A stretch of DNA of 64,000 nucleotides from a bacterium (lineage in GTDB: Bacteria; UBA8248), in NCBI GenBank assembly GCA_965221165.1, contig CBDCRP010000002.1, positions 448,001-512,000 on the forward strand. Reading direction: 5' to 3'. The notes beneath the pieces were generated by a model. It was given only the letters and a program-made list of their open reading frames with translations, had not been told where the DNA came from and searched no databases. Both the position numbers and the translations under genes were made by a program. Shown here one piece after another: positions 1 to 9,811 of the stretch. Numbering within the stretch: the stretch's first letter is position 1; each line of letters starts with the position of its first letter.

Positions 1-400
1 CATAAACGGCGAACTCCGTCGTCACGGTTTTCCCCATGATGACGGCACCGGCGTTTTTGAGCAGGGACACGAGCGCGGCGTCTTCGGTGGGCCGGCGGCC
101 CGCGTGAAGAGGGGAGCCGTTCTCGGTCGGCAGATCGGCGGTGTCGATGATGTCCTTGATTCCGACGGGAACCCCGTGAAAAGGACCGAGGGCCTTACCT
201 TGTTGTCTCGCCAGATCGGCATCCCTCGCCTGCGTCAGGGCGAATTCCTTGTCCAGATGCTCCCAGGCACCGATTTGCTCTTCGTGCTCATCGATGCGGG
301 TCAGGCACGCCTCGATGAGTTCTTCCGAGGTCAATTCGCCTTCGCGTATCGCTTCTACGGCGCGAAGGGCGCTCAGTTGGGCCGGGTTCATCTTTTCCAT
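1..400 (-). CDS. Amidase-signature family protein (5' part; runs off window start)
   Basis: Not in the ORF track. Manual translation from ATG at 400 gives MEKMNPAQLSALRAVEAIREGELTSEELIEACL...GPFHGVPVGIKDIIDTADLPTENGS...GAVIMGKTVTTEFA. GGAGG RBS upstream. Confidence 0.85.
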   Translation of the reverse strand, partial: MEKMNPAQLSALRAVEAIREGELTSEELIEACLTRIDEHEEQIGAWEHLDKEFALTQARDADLARQQGKALGPFHGVPVGIKDIIDTADLPTENGSPLHAGRRPTEDAALVSLLKNAGAVIMGKTVTTEFAVY

Positions 401-465
401 CAGACTATTCCTCCATTCAGCGCGCTTCGCGCGGCTCTCAAGAACATGGACTCATCCCTTATCGC

Positions 466-1365
466 TCAACGAGAACGCTCCGCCGCGCCCAGCAACATGG
501 CCACCGCGGCGAAATCCAAATCCCCCAGGCCATCTCGCGAAGCCATGCGGTAGACCTGGTTCGCTGCCGCGCCGGAGGGGCACGGCAGCCCCAGGGACAT
601 GAGAGCGGAAACGGCCAGGGACATATCCTTGAGCATCAAATCCACCGTAAAGCCTGCCTCGAAATCCTTGCTCGAAGGCGCGCCCTCGATGAGGCCGGGA
701 CAAGGCGGGTCTTTTTCCATCACCCAGCTTCCGCCGCTGCTCGTGCGTATCACCTCGTGGAGAATTTTAGTGTCCACTCCCGACGCCTTTCCCATGGCGA
801 ACGCCTCCGCCGCCGCCACCATGGTGACGCCCGCGATTAAATTGTTGCAAAGCTTCGCGACCTGCCCCGCGCCATGCTCACCGACGTGGATGATGTTTTT
901 CCCCAGCAACGCCAGAACAGGCTGCGCCGTCTTGAACGCCTCTTTCGGCCCCCCGACCATGATGGTGAGGCTCGCCGCCTCCGCTCCCATCACCCCGCCC
1001 GAGACGGGCGCATCAATCGCCACCGCCCCGCGTTCAGCCGCTTCGGCGGCGAGTTTGCGGCTCTGCTCGGGCTCTATGGTGGACAGATCGACCAGCAAGC
1101 CGCCCTCGCCCACGGCTTCCATGAGGCCGCCCTCGCCCAGGTAGACGTCTTCCACCTCGATTCCCGTGGGCAAGGAGGTGAGCACGATTTCGCACGTGGC
1201 GGCGAGTTCCGCAGGGCCAGACGCCTCGAAGGCGCCATGAGAAACGGCGCGCTCCACGGCTTCACGGCCAACGTCCACCACGCCCACTTCATGGCCTGCT
1301 TTGATGAGGTGCGGCACCATGCGGCCACCCATCGCTCCGACTCCTACAAAACCCAATCGCTTCAT
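466..1365 (-). CDS. mmsB: 3-hydroxyisobutyrate dehydrogenase family oxidoreductase
   Basis: GFVGVGAMG Rossmann motif, DAPVSGG, GAGQVAKLCNN. Start trimmed to MKRLG after a GGAGGA RBS. Confidence 0.8.
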   Translation of the reverse strand: MKRLGFVGVGAMGGRMVPHLIKAGHEVGVVDVGREAVERAVSHGAFEASGPAELAATCEIVLTSLPTGIEVEDVYLGEGGLMEAVGEGGLLVDLSTIEPEQSRKLAAEAAERGAVAIDAPVSGGVMGAEAASLTIMVGGPKEAFKTAQPVLALLGKNIIHVGEHGAGQVAKLCNNLIAGVTMVAAAEAFAMGKASGVDTKILHEVIRTSSGGSWVMEKDPPCPGLIEGAPSSKDFEAGFTVDLMLKDMSLAVSALMSLGLPCPSGAAANQVYRMASRDGLGDLDFAAVAMLLGAAERSR

Positions 1366-1405
1366 CAGGTATCCTCCACGAAAAATTTTCTCATTTTCAT
1401 CTATC

Positions 1406-2785
1406 TTAACCCGCCCTCGATAGAAATTCCTCCGCCACCGCACATAGGAATCCGTCCTGAAAAGCAGGCGCAAGCAGGGTCACCCCGATGGGCAGCCCGT
1501 TCGCATAAAAGCCATTCGGGATTGCGATGGCGCATAAATCCAGCAAATTCACAAAATTCGTATACATCCCCAGATTCGTGTTCAAGACAACAGGATCGGC
1601 ATTTATCTCATCTATCGTGTAGGCCGTGGGCGTCGTGGGAACGGCCAGAAAATCGACCTCCCGCCACACTTTTCCCGCTTCGCGCTTTAATTCCTCCAGG
1701 CGATAAAAGGCCCGAAAAGCGTCGACCGCCGTGTACCGGGCGGCCCCCGCAATCAACTCCCTCGTGACGGGATGAAGGGCTTCGGGCTTTTCCTGAAAAA
1801 ACTCTTCAATCGCCGCCAGACGCTCCGCCACCCAGGGACCCCCGTACAGGAGCTCGGCTGTCTCGTAAAAAGGCGAGAAATCAACATCTTGGACATCCAC
1901 ACCCACTTCCTCGATGCGCTCAATCCACCTCTCATAGGCTCTTTGCGCTTCCTCATCTCCCAGGAAGTCTCTTTGCTCAGGCAACGGCGCGCCTGCCTTC
2001 AGCCTCTCCGGGAGATCGGAAAGCCTCTCCAAAGACGCTCCCGCCGGAAGAGCGCGGCTGTACGGGTCCTCATCCGGGACGGCCATCGTCTCGAGTACAC
2101 GAAGCGTATCCGAGGCCTCCAGTGTGAAAACCGAGACACAATCGAGCGTGCGGCAAGCGGGAACCACGCCTCGCGTGCTCACCAGTCCACGGGAGGGTTT
2201 GAGGCCCACGATGTTGTTGAACCCAGCGGGCACCCGGCCCGAACCGGCCGTGTCCGTGCCGAGCGCGAAACTCACCAGACCCGCCGTGACGGCAACGGCC
2301 GAACCCGAACTCGAACCGCCCGGAATATAGTCCGCGTGAAATGGATTCCTGGCCACGCCATACGGCGTGCGCGCGCCTACGAGGCCCAGTGCGAATTGAT
2401 CCAGGTTCGTCTTCCCGACGAAAATTGCCCCGGCATCAAGCAGATATTCTACGCAGGGAGCGCTATTCTCAGGCGTATAGGCATATTCAGGGCATCCTGC
2501 CGTCGTCGGAACGCCCGCGACGTCGATGTTGTCTTTCACCGCAAACGGAACACCGTATAGAGGCAGTTCAGGCGCATCCGCGCTGCGAGTTTCCAACTCT
2601 TGCGCACGCGCGAGTAATTTATCCTCAGGCTCAACGTGAATCCACACGCCATCCTCACCGCGCGCGGCGATTCGCTCACAAACCAGGTGAACAACATCAG
2701 AAGGCGTTTGCTCACCCGATGAATACGCCTGCCGGAGTTGGGAGAATCTCAGCTTATCCGCTTGAGGTGCTGCGCCCGTCATCAC
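1406..2785 (-). CDS. atzF: Allophanate hydrolase (amidase domain)
   Basis: LYGVPFAVKDNID, GKTNLDQFA, GGSSSGSAVAV, GTDTAGSGRVPA, LYGGPWVAER, YTNFVNLLDL. Confidence 0.85.
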   Translation of the reverse strand: MMTGAAPQADKLRFSQLRQAYSSGEQTPSDVVHLVCERIAARGEDGVWIHVEPEDKLLARAQELETRSADAPELPLYGVPFAVKDNIDVAGVPTTAGCPEYAYTPENSAPCVEYLLDAGAIFVGKTNLDQFALGLVGARTPYGVARNPFHADYIPGGSSSGSAVAVTAGLVSFALGTDTAGSGRVPAGFNNIVGLKPSRGLVSTRGVVPACRTLDCVSVFTLEASDTLRVLETMAVPDEDPYSRALPAGASLERLSDLPERLKAGAPLPEQRDFLGDEEAQRAYERWIERIEEVGVDVQDVDFSPFYETAELLYGGPWVAERLAAIEEFFQEKPEALHPVTRELIAGAARYTAVDAFRAFYRLEELKREAGKVWREVDFLAVPTTPTAYTIDEINADPVVLNTNLGMYTNFVNLLDLCAIAIPNGFYANGLPIGVTLLAPAFQDGFLCAVAEEFLSRAG

Positions 2786-2856
2786 CTGGGATTTCCTGAT
2801 TTCACGACTTCCCCCCGTTCACGTCTTTTACATGAAGCGTTCGATACCCGTTCCGA

Positions 2857-4404
2857 TCACCCATCCTTTTCTCGAGACTCTTGCTCCAATATCTCGCGAA
2901 GCGCCGTTTTGAGAACTTTTCCGTAATTATTCTTGGGCAGAGTCTCTATGAAACGATACGCCCGGGGACGCTTGAAGCGCGCGATGTGCTCGAGGCACAA
3001 ACTGTCGAGTTCATCCTCACTCACATGCCGCTCATCCTTGGGCACCACGAACGCCAAAACCTCTTCTCCCCAATCCGGGTGAGGACGTCCGATGACGGAG
3101 ACCTCCACAACGCCTTCATGGCGGAGCAGCACCTCCTCCACCTCCCGAGGATAGATGTTGCTGCCGCCACTGATGATGAGGTCTTTAGAGCGATCCTTGA
3201 GGGTGAGGAAACCATCTTCATCCATCACACCCACGTCGCCCGTGTGGAGCCATCCTCCTTTGAGCGCGCTCGCCGTGGCCTCGGGGTTGTTCCAATACCC
3301 TTTCATGACGACGTCGCCGCGCACGAGCACCTCGCCGGTCTCTCCTGGCGGTAGAGTATTGTCCTCAGAGTCCACCACACGGACTTCGACCACGGTGTGC
3401 GGCATCCCGACGGATGCGAGCCGCTCCTCATAGCGCGAGTGGTCCGTGTCGACGTGCCGCTCTCTGGAGACAACCGTGATGGTCATGGGGCTTTCCCCTT
3501 GTCCATATACCTGAACGAGCTTGTTCCCAAGAGCCGCCATGGCATTTTTGAGGTCTTCCACGTACATCGGGCCACCGCCATAGGCGATGGTCTTCAAATT
3601 TTTGGTATTCGCCTCCTTGATCGCTTCGCTCTGAATCAACCGTGTCACCATGGTGGGCGCCGCGAATATGGTGACGCCCGGGTAGACTTGGATGAGACGA
3701 AAAATCTCCTCGGGCTCGAACCCCCCGCTCTCGGGAACGATATTGTTCGCGGCCTTATACACATGGGGTATCGCGTACAGGCCCGTACCGTGGGACAAGG
3801 GGGCGGCGTGCAGGATGCAATCGTTTTCAGAGACCGGATCGACGTCGGCGAAATAGCTCAGGGACATGCTGTGGAGGTTCTGGTGGGTGAGCATGGCGCC
3901 CTTCGGCCTGCCCGTCGTCCCGCTCGTATAGAAAAGCCAGGCCAAATCATCCGGCTCCTGGGGTTCGATAGGGACGGCCTCTCGGGATTGAGTCGCCCGA
4001 TATTCGGGAGTATCGACCTCCATCACGGTTTCCAGGGTCTCGATTTCATGGCTCAGCTCCCCAACCGTACCCGTGAGGTCCGGGGTGGCGAAACAACAGC
4101 GCGCGCCTGCATTTTCCAGGATAAAAGCCATCTCCCTGGGATGGAGTTTTGCGTTGATGGGCAGTGCGCAACAGCCTGCATGCCATATGGCGTAGAGGAC
4201 CTCTAAAAACGCCGGGCAATTCTTCATGGTGATGGCCACGCGATCCCCGGGCCGCATGTCGAGCTCATTCCGCAGGAAACCGGCCATAGAAGCCGCCCTG
4301 CGGGAAAGCGTCTCATACGTGCAATGAACAGTTTCGCCCGAGGATATGGCCGGTCGCTCTCCACAAGCTCTGGCCGCTCTGGCTAAAAATTCCGCCATGT
4401 TCAT
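2857..4404 (-). CDS. AMP-binding acyl-CoA synthetase / long-chain fatty acid-CoA ligase
   Basis: YTSGTTGRPKG, YGQGE, GWLHTGD and GKVLK adenylation motifs. Confidence 0.9.
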   Translation of the reverse strand: MNMAEFLARAARACGERPAISSGETVHCTYETLSRRAASMAGFLRNELDMRPGDRVAITMKNCPAFLEVLYAIWHAGCCALPINAKLHPREMAFILENAGARCCFATPDLTGTVGELSHEIETLETVMEVDTPEYRATQSREAVPIEPQEPDDLAWLFYTSGTTGRPKGAMLTHQNLHSMSLSYFADVDPVSENDCILHAAPLSHGTGLYAIPHVYKAANNIVPESGGFEPEEIFRLIQVYPGVTIFAAPTMVTRLIQSEAIKEANTKNLKTIAYGGGPMYVEDLKNAMAALGNKLVQVYGQGESPMTITVVSRERHVDTDHSRYEERLASVGMPHTVVEVRVVDSEDNTLPPGETGEVLVRGDVVMKGYWNNPEATASALKGGWLHTGDVGVMDEDGFLTLKDRSKDLIISGGSNIYPREVEEVLLRHEGVVEVSVIGRPHPDWGEEVLAFVVPKDERHVSEDELDSLCLEHIARFKRPRAYRFIETLPKNNYGKVLKTALREILEQESREKDG

Positions 4405-4720
4405 TCGAAACCATCCTCCTGGTAGTCACGCCCATGATTCGCGCCATCACACGGTTTCATTAGTAATTCATCGATGGAAGATCTTTTCGCCTGATGACTT
4501 GATGATAAGCCATATCCGAATCCATGAATATGCGGTAGTATTAAAGCATATATCAGCGATGGTTTGCTCGCCCGAGCGCAACGCGCAACAAGGCCAGTAG
4601 GCGTCTGAGTATGAAACCCATATCTGCGTTTCATCGACTACGGCTTTGGCCTAAGAAATTGCATTTGTGTGGAGAGCGCATCGAGCGTCTTCTGTTCCGA
4701 TACCCATGGAGGCGATGCCC

Positions 4721-6037
4721 ATGCGAAGTGAAAAAGACCTGCTTGAGTCCGCAAAGAAGTACAGCTTTCGTGGCCGGGTGGACAAGTCGGTTTTCTCGGG
4801 CCCCGTCTTCGTGCGCGGCGAGGGGTCCACCGTCGAGGACGTGAACGGCAAGCAATACCTTGATTTCAACTCGGGCCAAATGTGCTCAGCACTCGGGCAC
4901 AATCACCCCACCGTGACAGACGCCATCAAAAAAAGCTGCGATAGTCTCATTCACGCGCACAGCAGCTTCTTCAACGACCAGGAAATCGCCCTCGCCGAGC
5001 GTCTGGGCGAACTATTGCCGCCTCCACTAGAGAAAAGCCTTTTCCTGGGCTCCGGCGCGGACGCCAACGAGGCGGCGGTGACGATTGCCCGAAAATTCAC
5101 CGACGGCTTCGAGGTGGCGAGTCCCCACATCAGCTTTCACGGCCTCTCCGACACGACCCGCTCCCTCACCTTCGCGGGCTGGCACAGCGGGCATGGACCG
5201 CTCGCCTCGGGGAGCATGGCCATGGTCGCGCCCTATTGCTACCGTTGTCCGTTGAGCCAGAAATTTCCCGATTGCGAGATCGCCTGTCTGGACACGAGCT
5301 TCGAACTCATCGACGCGCAAACGACGAGCAAGCCCGCCGCCGTCATCACCGAGCCGCTGTTCAGCGCGGGCGGCGTAGTGGAGCCGCCGCCCGGATGGCT
5401 CAAGAAACTTAAACAAAACTGCGAGGAGCGCGACATGCTCCTCATCGTGGACGATGAACAGACGGGACTCGGCAAGCTGGGCACGATGTTCGGCTTCGAG
5501 AAGGACGAGGTGGTGCCCGACGTCGTGACGCTGGCGAAACACTTCGGCGGAGGCGTGAGCATCAGTTCGGTCTCGACGAGCGTCGAGGTGGAGGAGAAGG
5601 TGGCGGCTTCGGAGTTCGTCGTCACCCATTCGCACACCAACGACCCGCTCGCATGCGCCGCGGGGGTGGCGAGCCTCGACATCATCGAGCAGGAAGACGT
5701 ACCCGCAAAGGCGAGAAAGATAGGAGGCCACCTTAGAGAGCGCCTCACCTGGCTAGGCGAGCAATATGAACTGGTGGGAGACATCCGGGGCCGAGGCCTC
5801 CTTCAAGGGATCGAGTTGGTCGAGGACAGGCGCTCTAAAACGCCCGCCACTAGACAGGGACGCGAAATCAACCGCAGATGCCTCGAAAACGGACTCATAT
5901 TCAGCCAGCGGCGCGAAGGCAGCGTTCTTCGCTTCGTGCCGCCGGCCACGACGACGGAAGGACAGATGGACCAGGCGATGGACATCCTCACCGACGCGGT
6001 AGACAAAGCGAGCGTTCGCGGCGCCGTCTCGGAATGA
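4721..6037 (+). CDS. Class III PLP aminotransferase, 2,2-dialkylglycine decarboxylase-like
   Basis: LDFNSGQMCSALGHNHP, DDEQTGLGK, TLAKHFGGG (PLP lysine), GDIRGRGLL. Start placed 8 nt after GGAGG. Confidence 0.8.
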   Translation: MRSEKDLLESAKKYSFRGRVDKSVFSGPVFVRGEGSTVEDVNGKQYLDFNSGQMCSALGHNHPTVTDAIKKSCDSLIHAHSSFFNDQEIALAERLGELLPPPLEKSLFLGSGADANEAAVTIARKFTDGFEVASPHISFHGLSDTTRSLTFAGWHSGHGPLASGSMAMVAPYCYRCPLSQKFPDCEIACLDTSFELIDAQTTSKPAAVITEPLFSAGGVVEPPPGWLKKLKQNCEERDMLLIVDDEQTGLGKLGTMFGFEKDEVVPDVVTLAKHFGGGVSISSVSTSVEVEEKVAASEFVVTHSHTNDPLACAAGVASLDIIEQEDVPAKARKIGGHLRERLTWLGEQYELVGDIRGRGLLQGIELVEDRRSKTPATRQGREINRRCLENGLIFSQRREGSVLRFVPPATTTEGQMDQAMDILTDAVDKASVRGAVSE

Positions 6038-6084
6038 TTTCCGAGTTCGATTCATCCGCTTTCGGTTAGACCAGGTCAAATCAA

Positions 6085-6576
6085 ATGCTCCACGTCGCTC
6101 TTTATCATCCGGCGATTCCGCAGAATACCGGGAACATAGGCCGATTATGCGTCGGGATGAAAGCGCATCTCCACATCATCGAACCCACGAAATTCGACTT
6201 CTCGGACAATTCTTTGAAAAGAGCGGGGCTCGACTATTGGCCTAACGTGGAACTCACCATCCATAAAAACAAACGTTTCTTTCTCGAATGGTTGGGGAAC
6301 AGGAAACCCTGGCTGATCACGAAGTTCGGCAATTCTCGCTTCGATCGGGTTTCGTACCGTGAAGACGACGTGCTGATACTGGGAAACGAAAACACAGGCC
6401 TGCCTGATGAGTGGCACGAACGTTGGCCCGAGCGGCGAATTTACTTGCCCATGCCCGGGCCGATCCGCTCCTACAACCTCGCCAACACCGCCGCTATCGT
6501 TCTCGCACAAGCATACGTTCAGCTTTATGGTGCGGAAGTTACGAACCACGGAGGAGCGCAAGACCCTATCGGCTAA
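6085..6576 (+). CDS. trmL: tRNA (cytidine/uridine34-2'-O)-methyltransferase
   Basis: PAIPQNTGNIGRLC, KRAGLDYW, GNENTGLP, RSYNLANTA SPOUT motifs. Confidence 0.92.
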   Translation: MLHVALYHPAIPQNTGNIGRLCVGMKAHLHIIEPTKFDFSDNSLKRAGLDYWPNVELTIHKNKRFFLEWLGNRKPWLITKFGNSRFDRVSYREDDVLILGNENTGLPDEWHERWPERRIYLPMPGPIRSYNLANTAAIVLAQAYVQLYGAEVTNHGGAQDPIG

Positions 6577-6640
6577 AACTTAAAACCTCGGGATCTGCGG
6601 ATGAAAGGCCTCTCACAATTGTCTCAGGGACAGTCAATCA

Positions 6641-7798
6641 TCACGACGCCATATCCACCCAGATGCCTTCCTGCGCGCTGCGCAGGCAGGCCTCAGCGAG
6701 TTGTACATCGCGGATTCCGGCGGAGAGGTCGGCGTAAAAAGGCTCATCCCGCACCACGTGGCGGATAAAACGCTCCCAGCCGAAGCGATAGGGATTCTTG
6801 TAAGACGCAGGCTCGGGCTCTTCTTCCCAGTTCTCGCGATAATCCACCGAAACGTCCATGGTGTCCGCGTCGCGACCCATGAGAAAACCGCACACCACCG
6901 GCGTATCGCCCGCCGATTGTTTCCAGCAGCGCCTGAGACCCGCTACCGCCGTGCCTTCGGTTCCATCCACCTGGAATGTCACCAGGTCGTCGCGTCGCAC
7001 CCGGGTGGACCAGGAGTTTAGAATCGCGCCGCGCGCGCCGCTTTCGAGTTCCAAAAACGTATGCGCATTATCCTCGACGTCGACCTCGAAACGCGCACCC
7101 GCCTCGTCGACACGCTCGGTTTGCCCCGTCCAGGAAAGCGCCGCCACGCGCGCAATCGGCCCTAAGGTTCCCTCGACGACGTAGCGCCAGTGGGGGTGCA
7201 TGTCCGAGATGAGTCCGCCGCCGCCCGCCTTTTGGTAGTTCCAGCTCGGGCGCTGGGATTCGGCTTCGACCCCGTTGAACACCCACCACCCGAAATGAAT
7301 CTGAAAACCGATGACACGACCCAGGAAACCGCTCTCCACGACCCGGCGCAGCTTCAGGAACCCCGGCAGGAAGAGCTTATCTTCCACCGCTCCGTGCTTG
7401 AGGCCCTTGGCCTGCGCCGCGCGCAACAGGCTCATCCCCTCTTGAACGGTGGGAGCCACCGGTTTTTCGGTATAAATGTGTTTGGTCGCGGAAATGGCGC
7501 GCTTTAACGTATCCACCCGCAAATGCGTGGCTGCCGCATCGAAAAAGACGGGATACGCCGTATCCTTAAGAGCCGCATCCAGGTCGGCCGTCCACTCGAG
7601 GCCGCCGTGTTCCGCCGCGAGTTTCGCGAGCCGTTCCTCGCTCCTGCCTACGAGCAACAGCTTGGGCAGGATTTTCTCATCGCCCAGATCGAGGCCGCAC
7701 TCTTTGATGATGGGCGCGAGTGAGTTCCTCAAATGCTGGAAAGAGCAGATGCCGCCCGTCGCCCCGTGCAGAATGATTCCCAACTCCCGCGTCTCCAT
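6641..7798 (-). CDS. Gfo/Idh/MocA family oxidoreductase
   Basis: HIYTEKP, QRPSWNY, GGGLISDMHPHW. Confidence 0.85.
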   Translation of the reverse strand: METRELGIILHGATGGICSFQHLRNSLAPIIKECGLDLGDEKILPKLLLVGRSEERLAKLAAEHGGLEWTADLDAALKDTAYPVFFDAAATHLRVDTLKRAISATKHIYTEKPVAPTVQEGMSLLRAAQAKGLKHGAVEDKLFLPGFLKLRRVVESGFLGRVIGFQIHFGWWVFNGVEAESQRPSWNYQKAGGGGLISDMHPHWRYVVEGTLGPIARVAALSWTGQTERVDEAGARFEVDVEDNAHTFLELESGARGAILNSWSTRVRRDDLVTFQVDGTEGTAVAGLRRCWKQSAGDTPVVCGFLMGRDADTMDVSVDYRENWEEEPEPASYKNPYRFGWERFIRHVVRDEPFYADLSAGIRDVQLAEACLRSAQEGIWVDMAS

Positions 7799-7840
7799 AT
7801 ATTCGCTCTATCCCGCCGCTCAGAATTTTCTGAAAACGAA

Positions 7841-8971
7841 TTATGCTTCCAAGCCCGCCATCAAATCAGCGGGCTCCATGGGGAGTTTCAACTCTTCGCC
7901 GCATTTGGCCGAGAGGTCCATCGCCATGGTCAGCATGAGATTGCGGTGACCCTCGGCGGCGGTCGCATGAGGGGTGCACTTGCCCGAATAAATCCGCTGG
8001 AACCAGGAGTTCGTCTCCTCGCGCATCGGCCCCCAAAGCTCTCCGTCATACATGTCGCCCGGGGGGAAGCTGGTGAGAAAATCGACGTTGCGCCGCGCTT
8101 CCAGGTCAAAATCCTCGGGCTGATAGGCGGGGCCTTGCGAGAATTCCGACGCCATCACTACGTCTCGGTGCGTGTCTTCGATGTCCACGACCCCCTTGGT
8201 GCCCACGATGCCGATTTCGAGTCCATACACCGCGCCCGGCCACTCCTTGGGCAGTGCCCAGCAGATGTTCATGCTCCAGATGGCGCCGCTGTCCATGGTA
8301 AACACGCCGAAAGTGGCGTCTTTGGTCCCAAGATCGCTCAATATCCCCTCGGTCGAGCGCGCGAAGATGGAAACCGGCTCAGCGCCACCCATCAGCCACA
8401 GGCACATATCGAGGCTGTGAGTGCCCGAAATAACCATGGGAGTTAAAAACCGTCTATCCTGAGAGAGCCGGACCTCTCCGGTCGGCGCCATGCGGTTCAT
8501 GAAGGCGCGCGTAACCGCCGCCGTGACGTCGCCGATCTGACCGCTTTGGACGCGATCCTTTACGGCGAGAAAACGCCGGCGGAAACGCTGGGTGTAGCCG
8601 ACGACCGCATCCACGCCGGCCGATTTTATGGCCGCGAGCACCGAGGCCGATTCACGCGCATCTGTGGCGAGCGGTTTTTCAATCAGCATGGGAAGGCCGC
8701 GATCCGCCGCGGCGAGGGTGGGTTCGACGTGCGCCCAGGTGGATGTGGCGATGATCGCCGCATCCACTTCGGGGCGGGCGATGAGTTCGCGGAAATCGGT
8801 GGTGAAGTAATCGGCCCCGATGTCTTCCTTGAGTTTCCTGCCGACCTTCTCATTCATATCGGAGAGTCCGATCCACCCGATTCCAGGAAAATCCCTGGAC
8901 AGCGCACCCCGCATGCGCCCCACGACTCCACAGCCGACGATGGCCAACCCAAGTTCTTTTTTATCTACCAT
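7841..8971 (-). CDS. Gfo/Idh/MocA family oxidoreductase
   Basis: IVGCGVVG, LIEKPLA, VGYTQRF, GTHSLD. Confidence 0.85.
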   Translation of the reverse strand: MVDKKELGLAIVGCGVVGRMRGALSRDFPGIGWIGLSDMNEKVGRKLKEDIGADYFTTDFRELIARPEVDAAIIATSTWAHVEPTLAAADRGLPMLIEKPLATDARESASVLAAIKSAGVDAVVGYTQRFRRRFLAVKDRVQSGQIGDVTAAVTRAFMNRMAPTGEVRLSQDRRFLTPMVISGTHSLDMCLWLMGGAEPVSIFARSTEGILSDLGTKDATFGVFTMDSGAIWSMNICWALPKEWPGAVYGLEIGIVGTKGVVDIEDTHRDVVMASEFSQGPAYQPEDFDLEARRNVDFLTSFPPGDMYDGELWGPMREETNSWFQRIYSGKCTPHATAAEGHRNLMLTMAMDLSAKCGEELKLPMEPADLMAGLEA

Positions 8972-9234
8972 TCTTTTTCCCTTTCACTGTAGAAAATATC
9001 GCTTATATGACTCCGTGTGCGAGGCCAGATGCAAAACTATCGAGTTGTCCGCAGAATAAAATGAGAACATCGCATCATAATACACGGGCCCAACTTCAGG
9101 AAGGCGCGAAGGACATCCAAGGATGTGAACCCGCTTTTGATATTTTGTGAAAATGAGACCACGGTGCGAAAACGCGCGTTCAAGAGGCGAACGCTCGTAA
9201 GAGGAGCGTCTGATAAGGCATTTCAGGAAATAGC

Positions 9235-9262
9235 AAAAGGCCGCGGGTTCGCCGCAGCCTTT
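9235..9262 (-). terminator. Intrinsic terminator after tRNA-fMet
   Basis: Minus strand GGCTGCGG-CGAAC-CCGCGGCC followed by TTTT. Confidence 0.7.
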
Positions 9263-9271
9263 GGTTTTGCT

Positions 9272-9348
<77 letters not shown>

Positions 9349-9452
9349 TCGATACGTGTTATCTACTCCCGCATTAGCATTCTGTCAAGGAGAGCGTATT
9401 GCTTCAAACATCTCGTAGACGCCGCAAATATCTACGAAGCGAAAACTCCGAA

Positions 9453-9776
9453 TTATTTTTTCGGGGGAAGAAACTCGTAGACGATTTCCCCTTTCTTCAC
9501 GAGGCCTAAATCTTCCCGCGCGATTCGCTCGATCGCCTGCATATCGGAGCGTAAAGAGCGAATCTCCGTGCCCAATTCCTTGTTTTTCGCCTCGATTTCC
9601 TTGATCTCTTTTGTCAGCCCGGAAATCCGCTCCGTGTTCACGATGACGGCGAGATACCCATCCCGGCCCAGCCACGCGGTACCCAGCAGCAAGACGATGA
9701 CGCCCGCAGAGAGCCAAAACAAAAGTCTGGCTTTTGGCGATTGGCCCGTGGTGGATGATCGTCCTGCTTTTCGCAT
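9453..9776 (-). CDS. ftsB: Septum formation initiator FtsB/DivIC
   Basis: One TM helix, coiled coil, IERIAREDLGLVKKGEIVY motif. Confidence 0.85.
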   Translation of the reverse strand: MRKAGRSSTTGQSPKARLLFWLSAGVIVLLLGTAWLGRDGYLAVIVNTERISGLTKEIKEIEAKNKELGTEIRSLRSDMQAIERIAREDLGLVKKGEIVYEFLPPKK

Positions 9777-9811
9777 CGCGCTCAGGCTCCGAGGCGCGCG
9801 AACTCCATCGA

